Below, piece by piece: positions 36,392 through 45,721 of a stretch of 64,000 nucleotides of DNA. The stretch is from Candidatus Pacebacteria bacterium GW2011_GWA1_46_10. Its GTDB lineage: Bacteria > Patescibacteriota > Microgenomatia > UBA1400 > PJMF01. A program made the translations under genes and the position numbers. Below the pieces are notes generated by a model. It was not told the origin of the DNA. It searched no databases and worked only from the letters and a program-made list of their open reading frames with translations. The stretch's first letter is position 1; each line of letters begins with the position of its first letter. Location: positions 2,520 to 66,519 of the forward strand of contig LCLP01000002.1 of assembly GCA_001002135.1 (NCBI GenBank), in the 5' to 3' direction.

Positions 36392-39361
36392 ATGAAAAAA
36401 ACTTCGTTAAACCATATCATTGTCAGGGGAGCGCGGGAACACAACCTCAAGAATATTTCACTCACTCTCCCCAAAAATCAACTCATAATTTTCACTGGTT
36501 TGTCAGGAAGTGGCAAGACCTCACTTGCCTTTGACACGCTGTACGCTGAGGGGCAACGCCGTTACGTGGAATCTTTAAGCTCTTATGCCCGCCAATTTCT
36601 TGGCATCATGAAGAAACCGGAAGTCGACCAGATTGAGGGGTTATCACCCGCAATTTCCATTGACCAGAAAACCACTTCCCATAACCCACGCTCCACCGTG
36701 GGCACCATTACCGAGATTTACGATTACTTGCGGTTACTCTTTGCCCGCATCGGTCACCCGCACTGCCCCAACTGTGGCCGCGAAGTCAGTACTCAGAGCG
36801 TTGACCAAATCATCAGCCACGTTATGGAGCTGCTGGAACAAAAGGCGAGCGCCAAACCCAGTCGACTGATGATTCTGTCGCCGGTAGTGCAGAACCGTAA
36901 GGGTGAGTTCTCGTCGCTCTTTGTAAACCTGCAGAAGCAAGGCTACAGCCGAGTACGCGTTGACGGACATGTCTATGACCTGTCAGAGGACTTTGGGTTG
37001 ATTAAAACGAATAAACACACTATTGACGTCATCCTCGACCGATTAAGCATCAGCCGTAAACAACTCCAAGACAAAACCGAATCAAAAACCCTCAAATCAC
37101 GTTTGTCCCAAACTCTAGAAGAAGCACTCCGACTTTCTTCAGGCTTGGTCATCGCCTCATTCGTCGAAGATGTTTCACTGGATTTCCCGGCCAAACCAAA
37201 AAAAATGGCTGACCACCTGTTTAGTGAGAACTTGGCTTGCAGCCATTGTGGTATTTCCATCAAACCACTCGAACCGCGTTTATTCTCATTCAACTCACCG
37301 GAAGGTGCTTGCCCCACCTGTAATGGACTCAGTTCGCTCTTACGCATCAATCCAGAAAAAATCATCGCGCCAAGTTTGACGCTCAGTGAAGGCGCCATTA
37401 TTCCCTTTGCCCGCACTATGAGTTATGACACCTGGTGGGCGCGGCTCGTACAGCAAGTGGTAGAAGAAGAGGGTTATGATTTCCGTCGCACCCCATACGA
37501 GGAGATAGCTGAGAAGACTCAACAAAAACTCCTCCATGGCTCAGACAAAGTGTACCAGGTAGTGGGAGAAAATCGTTTCGGCCGTCAAACGATAATCCAT
37601 GAACAGTTTGAGGGTTTTATAACCAACCTAGAGCGACGCTATAGCGAGACCGACAGCGAGTTTATCCGGCGTGAGATCGAAGAATTTATGGAAAAAGAAC
37701 TCTGTCCGGAGTGTCGCGGCCAGCGGCTGAAAAAATCAGCATTGGCAGTTACGATTCAAGGGAAAAATATCGCCAGTGTGACTAATCTCACTATCCATCA
37801 CGCCCTGGAGTGGCACACCGCACTCAAAAAACCAGATCTTTTACCGTCGCAGGAAAAAACCATCAGTGAATCAATCTTAAAGGAAATTATTGAACGTTTG
37901 AAATTCTTAAGTTCCGTCGGCTTGAGCTATCTCACCCTTGGCCGGGAAGCGTCAACCCTGGCTGGCGGGGAGGCTCAACGCATCCGGCTGGCTTCACAAA
38001 TCGGCACGGGTCTAACCGGTGTGCTTTACATCCTGGACGAGCCCACCATTGGTCTTCATCCCCGCGATAATAACCAGCTGATCAAAACGCTTAAAAATCT
38101 GCGCGACCAAGGCAACACGGTGATCGTGGTCGAGCATGACCGCGAAGTGATGCTTTCCTCGGATCACATTTTTGACTTCGGCCCCGGGGCAGGGAAACAC
38201 GGTGGCAAAATCGTCGCTGAAGGCAGTCCAGCAGCTATTATTAAAGATTCACAATCCACCACCGGCAAGTTTTTGGCCCGCAAAAAAAACATTGTTCGCC
38301 AAATTGAATCAGCCAGAAAAATGATCGACGCTGATCAAACTACTCAGGGCATCGGCACCCAAGGTTCGATCGCCATCCAAGGGGCTACTCACCACAATCT
38401 CAAAAACATCGATGTTAAGTTCCCACTTGGTTCGCTGACTTGTTTGACCGGTCTGTCAGGCTCGGGCAAATCAACGCTGCTGCATGACACGCTCTATCAC
38501 CAACTGATGAAACACTTGGAACGCAAGACCGAGGCTGCTCCTGGGCACGTCGACCGGATCACCATTCCCGACGTGGTCAAACGGGTCAGTCTGATTGACC
38601 AGAGCCCGATCGGCAAAACCCCGCGCTCCAACCCGGCCACCTATACCAAAGTCTTTGACTATATTCGTAAAGTCTTTGCCAATACCAAAGAAGCACACAT
38701 CCGCGCCTACAAACCCGGTCGTTTCAGTTTCAACGTCAAAGGTGGTCGCTGTGAAACCTGCCAAGGTGAGGGACAATTGAAGATCGAAATGCAGTTTCTA
38801 CCTGACGTCTACGTGGAGTGTGACGTCTGTCATGGTAAACGCTACAACGAAGAAACTTTACAGGTCTTATACAAAGACAAAAACATCGCTGAAGTGTTGG
38901 CATTGGGCATTGAAGACGCTCTCAAGTTCTTTGAAACTCACAGCACCTTGAAACACAAACTACAAACACTGGTTGATGTTGGGCTTGGCTACCTAGAACT
39001 CGGCCAACCAGCCCCAACCCTTTCCGGCGGTGAATCACAGCGGGTGAAACTGGCTCGTGAGTTAAGTATCCGCACCACTGATCATGTCGTCTACCTACTC
39101 GATGAACCAACCACCGGCCTCCACTTTGCCGACGTTCAAAAACTGCTGACCGTGCTGCACTCATTGGTCGCCCAAAACAATACCGTCATTGTTATTGAGC
39201 ACAATTTAGATATTATTAAAAATGCCGACTGGATTGTAGACCTTGGCCCCGAAGGAGGAGAGTATGGTGGTGAGGTCGTGGCCGAGGGTACTCCACAGCA
39301 GGTAGCCGAAAATAACAGTTCGTTTACTGGGAAATATTTACAAGCAGAATTGCCAGCATGA
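36392..39361 (+). CDS. uvrA: excinuclease ABC subunit A
   Basis: Two ABC modules: GLSGSGKTSLAFDT and GLSGSGKSTLLHDT, signature LSGGE x2, Zn-finger cysteines. Start at MKKTSLNHIIV. Confidence 0.9.
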   Translation: MKKTSLNHIIVRGAREHNLKNISLTLPKNQLIIFTGLSGSGKTSLAFDTLYAEGQRRYVESLSSYARQFLGIMKKPEVDQIEGLSPAISIDQKTTSHNPRSTVGTITEIYDYLRLLFARIGHPHCPNCGREVSTQSVDQIISHVMELLEQKASAKPSRLMILSPVVQNRKGEFSSLFVNLQKQGYSRVRVDGHVYDLSEDFGLIKTNKHTIDVILDRLSISRKQLQDKTESKTLKSRLSQTLEEALRLSSGLVIASFVEDVSLDFPAKPKKMADHLFSENLACSHCGISIKPLEPRLFSFNSPEGACPTCNGLSSLLRINPEKIIAPSLTLSEGAIIPFARTMSYDTWWARLVQQVVEEEGYDFRRTPYEEIAEKTQQKLLHGSDKVYQVVGENRFGRQTIIHEQFEGFITNLERRYSETDSEFIRREIEEFMEKELCPECRGQRLKKSALAVTIQGKNIASVTNLTIHHALEWHTALKKPDLLPSQEKTISESILKEIIERLKFLSSVGLSYLTLGREASTLAGGEAQRIRLASQIGTGLTGVLYILDEPTIGLHPRDNNQLIKTLKNLRDQGNTVIVVEHDREVMLSSDHIFDFGPGAGKHGGKIVAEGSPAAIIKDSQSTTGKFLARKKNIVRQIESARKMIDADQTTQGIGTQGSIAIQGATHHNLKNIDVKFPLGSLTCLTGLSGSGKSTLLHDTLYHQLMKHLERKTEAAPGHVDRITIPDVVKRVSLIDQSPIGKTPRSNPATYTKVFDYIRKVFANTKEAHIRAYKPGRFSFNVKGGRCETCQGEGQLKIEMQFLPDVYVECDVCHGKRYNEETLQVLYKDKNIAEVLALGIEDALKFFETHSTLKHKLQTLVDVGLGYLELGQPAPTLSGGESQRVKLARELSIRTTDHVVYLLDEPTTGLHFADVQKLLTVLHSLVAQNNTVIVIEHNLDIIKNADWIVDLGPEGGEYGGEVVAEGTPQQVAENNSSFTGKYLQAELPA

Positions 39362-39993
39362 AACAGTATCAATATTTACTCTTTGATTGGGATGGTTGTC
39401 TTGCTCAAACTCTGCCAATTTGGTTAGACGCCTACAAAGTAGTTTACGCAGCAGCTGGTGTTTTTCCTACCGATCAAGAAATAACCTTTCACTTTGGTGA
39501 CTGGGAAGCTCCCAAATACTATGGATTGGACGTCAAAAAAACTTTTGAAAAAATTGACGCTAGAGCACAGAAAGCGCTGGAGAAAGTAGCACTTTATGAA
39601 GGAGCTTATGATTTGCTTCATAAACTCAGGCCAATAAAAAAACTCGCCTTGCTTTCTAGCTCGGAAAAAATAACTTTAGAATATGGTTTAAAACATAATA
39701 AACTCGATAATTTCTTTGATGTTGTTATTTCCGGAGACGAGGTGCAAAATCACAAGCCTCATCCAGAAGTGATAAAAAAAGGACTGGCGGCTTTGGGTGG
39801 AAAAGAAGACATGGCAATCATGATTGGTGATTCAAGGAAAGATTTAGAGGCCGCTCAAAACGCCGGCATTGATTCTGTGCTCGTATATCCACCAGAAAAC
39901 AAAGTTTTCTATAATCTAGATGAGTTAAAAAAGTATCAACCAACGTATACTGTTTTTAGTTTTAATGAGCTGGAAAAAATACTGATACCATGA
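39358..39993 (+). CDS. HAD-superfamily hydrolase (phosphatase, subfamily IA-like)
   Basis: Motif I LFDWDG. Motif III/IV region (K...GDSRKDLEAAQNAG). Overlaps the uvrA stop by 4 nt. Confidence 0.7.
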   Translation: MKQYQYLLFDWDGCLAQTLPIWLDAYKVVYAAAGVFPTDQEITFHFGDWEAPKYYGLDVKKTFEKIDARAQKALEKVALYEGAYDLLHKLRPIKKLALLSSSEKITLEYGLKHNKLDNFFDVVISGDEVQNHKPHPEVIKKGLAALGGKEDMAIMIGDSRKDLEAAQNAGIDSVLVYPPENKVFYNLDELKKYQPTYTVFSFNELEKILIP

Positions 39994-41873
39994 ATAAACT
40001 ACTTCGACAGTTTGTTTACCTCCTTCTCTCATTTATTATTCTCGTTTCACCACTCGCCACTATTGTTCAACCAGTTGCCGCTCAAACAGAAACCACCAAA
40101 GCTTTCGAAAACTCCCTGACCACTACTTACACCGTTCAAGCCAACGGTGACACCCTTGTTCAACACAATTTCTCGATCAAAAACCTCACTCCGACCTATT
40201 ATGTCAGCCGACATGGCCTACGCATCAGTTCACCTAATATTAAAAGCGTCAAGGTCTCCGACAGGAGCGGTGAGATTCCCGCCGAGGTCACCCAAACCGA
40301 CAACCAAACTAATATCGGTATCACTTTCCCCAACGAAGTGGTGGGGGAAGGCAAAATTCGGCAATTCACCATTACCTATCTCAACCCTGATCTAGCACAA
40401 ATTCATGGCCGCGTTTTGGAGGTGGCCATCCCGCGGCAAGCCGACCCCACTGCGTACGATCACACTACCGTTATTTTGAACACTCCCTTAAGTTATGGTT
40501 CGCCTTCACGCGTCACACCAAACAGTAATTACAGCGCCACTTTCAAGGGCAATCAAGTCCAACTTACTTTCAGTGACTTGAACGGCAGTGGGGTGTGGGC
40601 CATCTTCGGCACCGAGCAAGTGTTTGATTTGAAATTTCGTTACTTTTTGGAAAACAATGACTCGCAACCAGTGTTGATGCAAGTGGCTCTGCCGCCGGAT
40701 ACAGCCTTTCAACGCCTGAATTATACTCAGCTTGATCCCAAACCAAAGGAAATTGAACTCGACGAGGACGGCAACTGGCTGGCCACTTTCTATCTAGGCG
40801 GCAACACTGCTCAAACAGTCACAGCATCAGCCACGGCCCTGCTGACACTGGAGCCAAATAACCTTGTTCCCATCCCATCACCACAACCTTTTCACACCCA
40901 AGCCCAACCATTTTGGGACATTAATAACAGCACCCTCCAAGCTTTGGCTAAAGAATACACTACCCCTCAGTCTATTTATGATTATGTGGTCAACACTTTG
41001 GAGTATTCTTTGCCGGAATCGACCGATCAACTGCAGCGAAAAGGTGCCGTTCAAGCTCTAAGTGCCTCGGCCCAAACCGCTTGCCAAGAGTTCTCCGATT
41101 TATTTATCGCTCTTGCCAGAGCCAATCACATTCCTTCACGCTTAGTGACCGGCTATGCCTACACCGAAAACAGTGATTTACGACCATTGAGCTTGGTGGA
41201 GGATGTTCTGCATGCTTGGCCGGAGTACTGGCAGGTCGAGAAAAATATCTGGCAACCCATCGATCCCACTTGGGAAAACACCACCGGCGGCGTTGATTAC
41301 TTCAACCAATTTGATCTTAACCACATCGTGCTGGCCATCAACGGGAAATCAAGCAGTCTGCCATATCCTGCTGGCTCTTACAAAACCGCCGAAAATTCGG
41401 AAAAAACCCTCGAAGTCACTTTCGGCACCGTTTTCCCAGTGCAAAGACCTGACATCACGGTGGTGGTTGAACCGCACCAAACCGCCGTCAGCCAACTACC
41501 AGGCTTTTATGACCTAAAACTGGAAAATATTACTGGGGCTGCTTGGTATGACGTTTCATTCGACGTCACGGCAGGTGGATCGCAAGTCAGAGTCTTTAGC
41601 TCCACCCAATTGAAAGCCCTGCTGCCATACCAAACCGTGACCATTCCGCTTTTTGTTTATAATACCCAAGGGACTTGGCCAACCAAAGATCAACTCACTA
41701 TCACGGTGAAGGTTGGTCAAGACCAAGTTCTCTCAACTGATGCCGAAATCACCAACGCACCCTACTTCACCCAATACCTCGCGCACCCATACACCCTCGC
41801 TTCCCTGGGCGCACTCTTCGTCCTCTTGGCCCTCGGCACCGGGAGTCTACTCGTTCTTCGACGCAAACGCTGA
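39990..41873 (+). CDS. secreted, C-terminally membrane-anchored transglutaminase-like cysteine-protease-fold protein
   Basis: N-terminal signal peptide. Transglutaminase core C(QEFSDLFIALARANHIPSRLVTGYAY)...H(AWPEYWQ)...D(PTW). C-terminal TM plus basic tail (LGALFVLLALGTGSLLVLRRKR). Confidence 0.65.
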   Translation: MNKLLRQFVYLLLSFIILVSPLATIVQPVAAQTETTKAFENSLTTTYTVQANGDTLVQHNFSIKNLTPTYYVSRHGLRISSPNIKSVKVSDRSGEIPAEVTQTDNQTNIGITFPNEVVGEGKIRQFTITYLNPDLAQIHGRVLEVAIPRQADPTAYDHTTVILNTPLSYGSPSRVTPNSNYSATFKGNQVQLTFSDLNGSGVWAIFGTEQVFDLKFRYFLENNDSQPVLMQVALPPDTAFQRLNYTQLDPKPKEIELDEDGNWLATFYLGGNTAQTVTASATALLTLEPNNLVPIPSPQPFHTQAQPFWDINNSTLQALAKEYTTPQSIYDYVVNTLEYSLPESTDQLQRKGAVQALSASAQTACQEFSDLFIALARANHIPSRLVTGYAYTENSDLRPLSLVEDVLHAWPEYWQVEKNIWQPIDPTWENTTGGVDYFNQFDLNHIVLAINGKSSSLPYPAGSYKTAENSEKTLEVTFGTVFPVQRPDITVVVEPHQTAVSQLPGFYDLKLENITGAAWYDVSFDVTAGGSQVRVFSSTQLKALLPYQTVTIPLFVYNTQGTWPTKDQLTITVKVGQDQVLSTDAEITNAPYFTQYLAHPYTLASLGALFVLLALGTGSLLVLRRKR

Positions 41874-43098
41874 AATCCTTTACGTCGGCAAGGCCAAAAA
41901 CCTCAAAAATCGCATTAAGAGTTATACCCAATATCAACAGCTTGCTCCCCGGATTAAGAAGTTAGTCACTTCAGCTAAACGAGTCAAGTTTGAAGTGCTG
42001 GACAGTGAGTTGGAAGCGCTCTTGATTGAGGCCGAGCTGGTCAGGGTTCATCAGCCATTTTTTAATATCCGTCTCAAAGATGATAAGTCACCGATTTACT
42101 TGGTGATCACTACTCATGAACAGTATCCCCGGGTCTTGCGAAAACGCAAAACCGATTTGGTCAAAGAAAAACCAACCGGCACTGTGTTAGGACCGTTTCA
42201 AAGTAGCTTTAGCTTAAACGAAGTGCTGAAAATTGCCCGCCGCATCTTTCCTTGGTGCGCTGATCCTGGCACCGGTCGACCATGCTTTTACTACCACCTT
42301 GATCTGTGTCCTGGCGCGTGTGTTGGCGAGACTACACCTGAAGACTACCGAGCCAACATTGACTCGCTGATCCTTTTTTTGCGTGGGAAAAAGAAAGCAG
42401 TGCTGCGTGATCTAACAACCAAAATGAAAACAGCGGCCGATCGACAACACTTTGAAAAGGCTCAACAGTACAAGGAAAAAATTCAACATACCCAAGAAGT
42501 GACTAAAAAACAATACCGACTCGCGCCCTCATTAGTTTTACCCGGCTTTGGCATGCGGCAAATTGAGCAAGGTTTAGTGGAACTGCAAAAAATCCTGCAA
42601 ACGTATACCAGTCTGCCAAAGGCTAAAAAACTCACCCGCATCGAAGGCTATGATGTGAGTAATATCCAAGGCAAAAATGCAGCCGTTTCTTTGGTGGTTT
42701 TCGAAAACGGGCAACCAGATAAAAAGCAATATCGACTTTTCAATATTTACACCATCGAAACAGCCAACGACTACCAGATGCTCCAAGAAGCACTCCAGCG
42801 TCGCCAAAACCACCCGGAGTGGAAAAAACCAGCTTTAGTGATGATTGATGGGGGAAAGGGACAAGTGAGGGCAGCTCTGTCCGTATGGCAATGGAGCAAT
42901 CCTATTATTGGTCTGGCCAAAAACCCTGATCGACTGATCGTGCCAACGAGTAAAGAGGGCAGAAAAATTACCTATCAAGTGCTGTCGCTGCCAGCCAGTC
43001 ATCCAGCCCTGCAACTAATCCAACGCATTCGCAATGAGTCGCACCGTTTTGCCCAACAGCAATTTCACCGCCGCCACCAGAAACAACTCCTTAAATAA
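41740..43098 (+). CDS. uvrC: excinuclease ABC subunit C (short form lacking the C-terminal HhH domain); 5' end overlaps the upstream gene
   Basis: GIY-YIG motif PGVYSFFDANAEILYVGKAKNLKNRIKSY starts at 41839. Shows the UvrB-interacting region and the RNase-H-like nuclease region (MIDGGKGQ...RNESHRFAQQQ). First in-frame ATG is 41740 (TTG at 41713), giving an overlap of at least 134 nt with the transglutaminase-like gene in another frame. Confidence 0.75.
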   Translation: MPKSPTHPTSPNTSRTHTPSLPWAHSSSSWPSAPGVYSFFDANAEILYVGKAKNLKNRIKSYTQYQQLAPRIKKLVTSAKRVKFEVLDSELEALLIEAELVRVHQPFFNIRLKDDKSPIYLVITTHEQYPRVLRKRKTDLVKEKPTGTVLGPFQSSFSLNEVLKIARRIFPWCADPGTGRPCFYYHLDLCPGACVGETTPEDYRANIDSLILFLRGKKKAVLRDLTTKMKTAADRQHFEKAQQYKEKIQHTQEVTKKQYRLAPSLVLPGFGMRQIEQGLVELQKILQTYTSLPKAKKLTRIEGYDVSNIQGKNAAVSLVVFENGQPDKKQYRLFNIYTIETANDYQMLQEALQRRQNHPEWKKPALVMIDGGKGQVRAALSVWQWSNPIIGLAKNPDRLIVPTSKEGRKITYQVLSLPASHPALQLIQRIRNESHRFAQQQFHRRHQKQLLK

Positions 43099-43115
43099 GG
43101 TACACTTATTGTGAT

Positions 43116-43478
43116 ATGAAACTGCTGCGCCCCATTATCATTACCGGCGCCAGCCTCTGGCTGCTGTCTTATTTTTTGCCCACCATTACCATTGTTGACT
43201 GGACCACGCTGCTGTTAGCCAGCATCGTGTTGGTTATCCTCAACAGCTTTATCAAACCCGTCTTAAAACTGCTGTTTCTCCCTATCAACATTGTGACACT
43301 GGGTTTTTTCTCTGTGGTCATCAATGTCGGGCTCTTGTGGTTGGCCACTTACCTTGTTCCTGGTTTCACCATTAGTAACATGGTTGTTTTCGGCTTTCAT
43401 CTCAACCAATTTTTCTCGATTTTGTTTGTTTCTATACTGATTAGTTTCATCCAATCTCTCTTTTCCTTTGTCTTGTGA
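43116..43478 (+). CDS. DUF360 / phage-holin-4-like small membrane protein
   Basis: 4-TM 120-aa protein. WLATYLVPGFTIS matches the holin-4_2/DUF360 signature. Confidence 0.45.
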   Translation: MKLLRPIIITGASLWLLSYFLPTITIVDWTTLLLASIVLVILNSFIKPVLKLLFLPINIVTLGFFSVVINVGLLWLATYLVPGFTISNMVVFGFHLNQFFSILFVSILISFIQSLFSFVL

Positions 43479-43497
43479 GCCTTTATAATGAATTTTT

Positions 43498-44427
43498 ATG
43501 AAGAAATTGATAGCTGCTTTTTTGGTGGGTCTGACTGCTTTTTTGCTGGCTACTTCCCTTAGTTTCGCTCAAACTGCTGATTTACTTGAGGAAATCTTTG
43601 ATGCCTCGCCTGGCGCTGCGGCCACCGAAGAGGGGAGCCTGGCTTCCGCGTCAGCCCAAGCCGAACAGCAACTAAAAGAGAAGAAAGATCAAGATATTAC
43701 CGATACCAGCGGTACCAAAAAGGGCAAACTGGCCACATTTCTTGATGAACACCCGATTGGGTCGCTCTCTTGGTACAATCCGCTTCAGCATGCCATTCGG
43801 GAAGCTGTGGGTAATGGCCTCCCTGCCAACATTATTGTCCTGCTGCTACTGTTCCCAATGATTACCTCATTGATTGCTTTCGCCCGACACGTCATTGGTT
43901 TGAAAGGTTTTGGCGTCTTTATTCCTGCTGTGTTGTCGGTGGCTTTTGCTTCTACTGGGATTCTTACCGGCGCAGTAGTTTTTATTATTGTTTTATTGGC
44001 CACCACGATCGCCAAGCTCTCGGTGAAACGGCTCCGTTTACCTCTTTTACCGAGAACTGCCATGTTGTTGTGGGTGGTGAGTCTACTGGTGGCACTCACC
44101 CTGATTGCTTCTTCATGGTTTGGAACAGCCTCACTGTTAACCCTCAATATTTTCCCCATCCTGATCGTGATGCTTATTACCGAAAACTTCATTAGTACTC
44201 AACTATTTAACAGTCAAAAAGAAGCTCTGAGTATTACTTTTGAAACACTACTAGTGGCTGTTTTGGGTGCTTTTATCATTAATATGGAGACCATCCAACA
44301 GTTTGTCCTGTTGTATCCTGAACTCAGTCTCATTGCCGTAGCGATTATCAACATTCTCGTTGGTCGATATACCGGACTCCGATTACTGGAGAAAACCCGT
44401 TTTCAGTCCATCATTGAAGAAGAGTGA
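43498..44427 (+). CDS. signal-peptide plus polytopic (about 7-TM) membrane protein, first gene of the ATP-grasp/QEGLA module
   Basis: Cleavable-looking signal peptide, an acidic roughly 85-aa extracytoplasmic segment, then about 7 TM helices. Stop at 44427 sits 8 nt before the RBS/ATG of the ATP-grasp gene. Confidence 0.45.
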   Translation: MKKLIAAFLVGLTAFLLATSLSFAQTADLLEEIFDASPGAAATEEGSLASASAQAEQQLKEKKDQDITDTSGTKKGKLATFLDEHPIGSLSWYNPLQHAIREAVGNGLPANIIVLLLLFPMITSLIAFARHVIGLKGFGVFIPAVLSVAFASTGILTGAVVFIIVLLATTIAKLSVKRLRLPLLPRTAMLLWVVSLLVALTLIASSWFGTASLLTLNIFPILIVMLITENFISTQLFNSQKEALSITFETLLVAVLGAFIINMETIQQFVLLYPELSLIAVAIINILVGRYTGLRLLEKTRFQSIIEEE

Positions 44428-44437
44428 GGAGTGTCAC

Positions 44438-45718
44438 ATGGTCTTGGAAAAAGACATTTTGGGAATGAACGCCCGCAACCAGCTCTTCGTTCCTCTCAAC
44501 CCGCCGCGAGCCGCGGCGATTTGTAAATCAAAATATGCGACCAAGCTCCTCCTGCAAAGCAAAAACATTCCCACTGCTGAGATTTACGGGGTGTTGGGTA
44601 CTCAGGAAGACATTGATGAATTTGATTGGCACAAACTGACCAAAGACTTTGTGATCAAGCCGACCAACGGCCATGCCGGCAAGGGAGTGATTGCTTTCCG
44701 TCATCAACACGCTGACAAAGAACATTGGACCGACGTGGTCGGTAAAACGTGGAGCCTGGATGACATTAAACTGCACTCGGCTGATATTTTGGCCGGCCAA
44801 TACAGCACCCATGGCTCCAATCACAACATCATCGTCGAAGAAAGGGTGCCTATTCATCCCAAACTGCTGAAATATACGTATAAAGGTACGCCAGATACTC
44901 GCGTGATTGTTTTCAATAGTGTGCCGGTGATGGCTATGCTCCGGCTGCCAACCGAAGAATCAGAAGGCCGTGCTAACGTCAGCCAAGGGGCGATTGCAGT
45001 TGGCATTGATATTGCCACCGGCATTACTACTCACGCCGTCGCTCACAAGAATCAACCAATTCAATTTCTGCCCAATACCAAACTAAAACTCAACGGCATC
45101 CAAATTCCATTCTGGCAACAAGTTTTAAAAATCGCTGTTGAAGCGGCTCGCGCGGCTGAACTGACTTTTACCGGAGTTGACCTGTTTGTCCACAAAGAAA
45201 AAGGTCCCATGGTAGTTGAGTTGAATGCCTATCCTGGCCTCTCGATCCAGATGGCTAATCGTGAGGGATTAAAACGCCGATTGGAAAGAGTCCAAGACCT
45301 TAATGTCCTGAATGCCGACCATGGTGTGAAAATCGGACAAGCGCTCTTTGCTGAACACTTTGCTACCAAAATCGAGGCCAAAGGGGAGGTGCCAATTCTA
45401 AATACTGAAGAAACTATCACTGTGTACGGTGACAATCGCCATAAAATTGAAGCCAAAGCGCTCATTAACACTGGTCGTTTCCGCACAGCTATTGCGAGCA
45501 GTCTGGCTAAAGAGTTAGCGCTGATTGAGGTTGATGACCTGCTGTGGTTTCAACAAGTTTCCGGTGAGGGGAAACGTCCCGTCATTGAACTGAAGTTTCG
45601 TCTTAAAGGAAAAACTGTCGAGACCTCCGCTGTCGTTTCCCGAAAACTAGACAGTGCCGCGCAAAAGATTGAAGTGGGGAGAAAGGACTTGTCGGGTTTT
45701 GTGATCCGACCAGCGTAA
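44438..45718 (+). CDS. RimK-like ATP-grasp ligase (alpha-L-glutamate-ligase-like family)
   Basis: ATP-grasp motifs FVIKPTNGHAGKGV, VEERVPIHP and VELNAYPGLSIQ. GAGGAG RBS 7 nt upstream of ATG 44438. Extra C-terminal roughly 120 aa. Confidence 0.7.
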   Translation: MVLEKDILGMNARNQLFVPLNPPRAAAICKSKYATKLLLQSKNIPTAEIYGVLGTQEDIDEFDWHKLTKDFVIKPTNGHAGKGVIAFRHQHADKEHWTDVVGKTWSLDDIKLHSADILAGQYSTHGSNHNIIVEERVPIHPKLLKYTYKGTPDTRVIVFNSVPVMAMLRLPTEESEGRANVSQGAIAVGIDIATGITTHAVAHKNQPIQFLPNTKLKLNGIQIPFWQQVLKIAVEAARAAELTFTGVDLFVHKEKGPMVVELNAYPGLSIQMANREGLKRRLERVQDLNVLNADHGVKIGQALFAEHFATKIEAKGEVPILNTEETITVYGDNRHKIEAKALINTGRFRTAIASSLAKELALIEVDDLLWFQQVSGEGKRPVIELKFRLKGKTVETSAVVSRKLDSAAQKIEVGRKDLSGFVIRPA

Positions 45719-45721
45719 ATC

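Noticed and set aside
41713-41739. TTG start for uvrC proposed by the ORF track.
   Set aside because: A TTG start is possible but unverifiable. The first ATG (41740) was used. Either choice leaves the long overlap reported in the findings.
43116-43478. Prophage remnant inferred from the holin-4-like gene.
   Set aside because: The single DUF360 membrane protein has no neighbouring phage structural, integrase or lysin genes. This family is common as a chromosomal housekeeping membrane protein.
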